Origin: Pristiophorus japonicus
Lineage: Eukaryota
Direction of reading: 5' to 3'
Length of the DNA stretch: 64,000 nucleotides
Assembly (NCBI RefSeq): GCF_044704955.1
Contig: NC_091984.1
Coordinates: 206,460,001 to 206,524,000 of the forward strand
In this document: piece by piece, positions 61,325-64,000 of the stretch
How positions within the stretch are numbered: position 1 is the first letter of the stretch
Layout: each line of letters opens with the position of its first letter
Notes under the pieces: model-generated
What the model saw: only the letters and a program-made list of their open reading frames with translations
Database searches by the model: none
Told to the model about the DNA's origin: nothing
Program-made: the position numbers and the translations under genes

Positions 61325-62287
61325 CATTATCATCATAGGCAGTCCCTTGGAATCGAGGAAGACTTGCTTCCACTCTTAACATGAGTTCTTAGGTGGCTGT
61401 ACAGTCCAATACGAGAACCACAGTCTCTGTCACAGGTGGGACAGACAGTCATTGAGGGAAAGGGTGGGTGGGACCGGTTTACCGCACGCTCTTTCCGCTC
61501 CCTGCACTTGATTTCTGCATGCTCTCAGCGACGAGACACGAGGTGCTCAGCGCCCTCCCGGATGCACTTCCTCCACTTAGGGTGGTCTTTGGCCAGGGAC
61601 TCCCAGGTGTCAGTGGGGATGTTGCACTTTATCAGGGAGGCTTTGAGGGTGTCCTTGTAACGTTTCCGCTGCCCACCTTTGGCTCGTTTGCCGTGAAGGA
61701 GTTCCGAGTAGAGCACTTACTTTGGGAATCTCGTGTCTGGCATGCGAACTATGTGGCCTGCCCAGCAGTGCTGATCAAGTGTGGTCAGTGTTTCAATGCT
61801 GGGGATGTTGGCCTGATTGAGGACGCTAATGTTGGTGCATCTGTCCTCCCAGTGATCGTGAACATCTTTAAAAAAGGGGACAAGTCCGACTGCGGCAACT
61901 ACAGAGGAATCTCCCTGCAATCAGCCACTGGGAAAATCGTCGCTAGAGGCCTCCTCAACCGTCTTCTCCCTGTGGCCAAGGAGCTCCTCTCGGAGTCACA
62001 GTGCAGATTTCGTCCCCTACGGGGCACAACGGACATGATTTTTACAGCGCGACAGCTGCAGGAAAAATGCAGGAAACAGCACCAGCCCTTCTTCGACCTT
62101 ACAAAGGCCTTTGACACTGTCAACCACGAGGGTCTATGGAGCGTTCTCCTCCATTTCGGATGCCCCCAAAAGGCCGTGATCCTTACCAACGGATCCATCA
62201 CAGACCCAATCCACGACGGGACCGGGGTCAAACAGGGCTACGTCATCGCCCCAACCCTCTTCTCAATCTTCCTTGCTGCCATGCTCC
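61325..62287 (-). mobile_element. 5'-inverted RTE insertion
   Basis: Tail and C-terminus on minus 61325-61855, RT segment on plus 61850-62287. 8-bp TSD ACAAATAT at 61317-61324 and 62288-62295. Confidence 0.88.
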
Positions 62288-62939
62288 ACAAATATAAACC
62301 TTCGCTGTTAGACAAAGCTGTAACCCCCCCTGCTCGTACATTTCACCACAAATAAGGGTAAAATCATCTACATGGCATTTGTCCGACAGCACGAGTGGTG
62401 TTTGAAAAATACCAAGCAGTTGGACCCTCTTCCTGCAGCCAAACACACAGATCCATACTGTACACTCTACACAAGGGGAAGTTGAGAACACCATAACAAA
62501 TATGGAACACCATACCGAAAGCAACCACTCTCCTAGGAAAGGTAGGGTAGTGACTGAGCATCTGTCTAGCCACCACCCCTCCCTACATGGCAACTGCCAA
62601 CAAAATACCTTCATCCTGAACTGTGTAACATCACTGTAGCAGTATGTAGAACAATGCAAAAAAAGTCATGATAGCAATGCATGTTCTTGCATGTCAAGGT
62701 GAAGAAAAGACTACTTGGACTCCTTAGTCTAGAGCACAGCTAAATTTTGAACACTTCTAATGTCAATCTCCACTATCTTGCATGGCAGATTATTTCAAAC
62801 ATCACTTTTGAGTAAAGAAGTCTTTCTTAATATATGTTCCAAATTTATTTTTCACGAATTTTAATTTATACCCTCTAGTTCTACTAGCCTGACTCACTTT
62901 GAAGTAATATTCTGGGTTTACCTTACATCCGTTAATATA

Positions 62940-63530
62940 GGGTTAGAAGTTCGCCAGCCTGTCAATATTTGTTTTTTAACGTCATTTTTGTGAAAAAATA
63001 AGAATAAAAATTTCGCCATTTTTTAACGAGGTAAATTTGACCAAAAAATGCACCTGTCGATAAAAATCAGCATTGCTGGAGGATTCGTGTTGGAAACCGC
63101 TGTCCTCGCTAACTTTACCGCGAAGCCGATATCGCCAAAAATACAGGGGAGAAAACAAAAACATTTTTCAAAATAAATTAAAAAATCAGAAAACATTAAC
63201 AATACCCTTAAGTAATCAATCGCTGAAAAATATATATTTTTTAAACTTCAACTTACCCTTTTTGTAGGTCTTCCTACTTATCGACGTTTCTGAGACTGCA
63301 AAGCATGCTTTTTTCATGTGTTGTTTTTTCACCCGAGTACCGGTTCGCCCAATGGCCAAATTTAGGCAGTCCTATTTTTTACATATGGCGATACGCTTTT
63401 TGGCGATATTTCGAAACCACCATTCTTAACCTTTGGGGATTTTTGTTAGGGTTCTTTTAATGACAAAAAAACTTTTAACGTGGAAAAAAATCGCGTTAAA
63501 ATGTGCATCAGGCTGGCTAATTTCTAGCCC
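62940..63530. mobile_element. PIF/Harbinger-like MITE inserted in a decayed CR1 fragment (about 62690-63850, minus)
   Basis: TIR GGGTTAGAAGTTCGCCAGCCTG / CAGGCTGGCTAATTTCTAGCCC. Flanks ATA / TTA. Confidence 0.7.
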
Positions 63531-63869
63531 TTAATACCTTGATGAATTTTCCCTACCTTAACCACATTCTCACTATAGAGTTTTGACTTTATCCAATCCT
63601 TTCACATAGGTTATCTCCTTTACACGTGCGGTTATTCTTGTTGCTGTTCTCGGCAGTTTTTGGACAGTGACCAGAACTGAATACAGTGGTTCATCCTTGG
63701 TTTCACCAGTACATTCTGAAGCATCAGCAAACCTTTGTAGATTTGTACTTTACTGTTCCAACTATTTATCTAATTCTATTTCCTTAATTGCTTTACCACA
63801 TTAACTAGACAATGAAAGAGACTAGGTCATTTTTAAAGTCTCCCTGCACTAATGCTATTCCAATTATGT

Positions 63870-64000
63870 TTCAGCTTTGGCTCATTAGTAGCTCACTCAC
63901 CTCTGAATCAGAAGATTGAGGGCCTGGGACTTGAGCACATAATCTAGGCTGACCCTTCATTGCGGAAGTGCTGTACCGTCGGATGTGCTGTCATTCCAAT
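63870..64000 (+). mobile_element. DeuSINE 5' part (runs off the window)
   Basis: tggctcattagtagc...ctctgaatcagaag...gggacttgagcacataatctaggctgac. Confidence 0.8.

Noticed and set aside
61468-62355. 295-aa ORF as an intact gene
   Set aside because: Chimeric read-through across the RTE inversion junction: antisense RTE followed by a deleted RT fragment.

Overview
Vertebrate genomic DNA, very probably an elasmobranch (shark), judged from the DeuSINE, CR1, RTE and Mag-type Ty3/Gypsy repeat content. Four spliced housekeeping genes are supported by exon translation and splice sites: ANAPC7 (exons 1-2, minus), a UBE2G1-family E2 (exons 1-3, plus; the later exons are not visible and may lie in the 200-N gap), the complete 7-exon ARPC3 (minus) and the last three exons of GPN3 (minus). 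The rest is heavily nested transposons. The most striking object is a non-autonomous Gypsy element just upstream of ARPC3 (45277-48143). Its RT/RNaseH/integrase region is replaced by an intronless, captured CIRBP/RBM3-type cold-inducible RNA-binding-protein mRNA (RRM start in frame with gag-protease, RGG tail, stop, conserved 3'UTR motif). Also notable: two full-length but decayed Gypsy elements and an AT-rich palindromic minisatellite that have pushed apart the head-to-head ANAPC7/UBE2G1 promoters, CTCF-like motifs in the LTRs, two 5'-inverted RTE insertions, local inverted duplications, and a SINE tail serving as the polypyrimidine tract of an ARPC3 exon. All homology calls come from recalled protein and repeat sequences, not database searches. 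Boundaries of decayed repeats are approximate.
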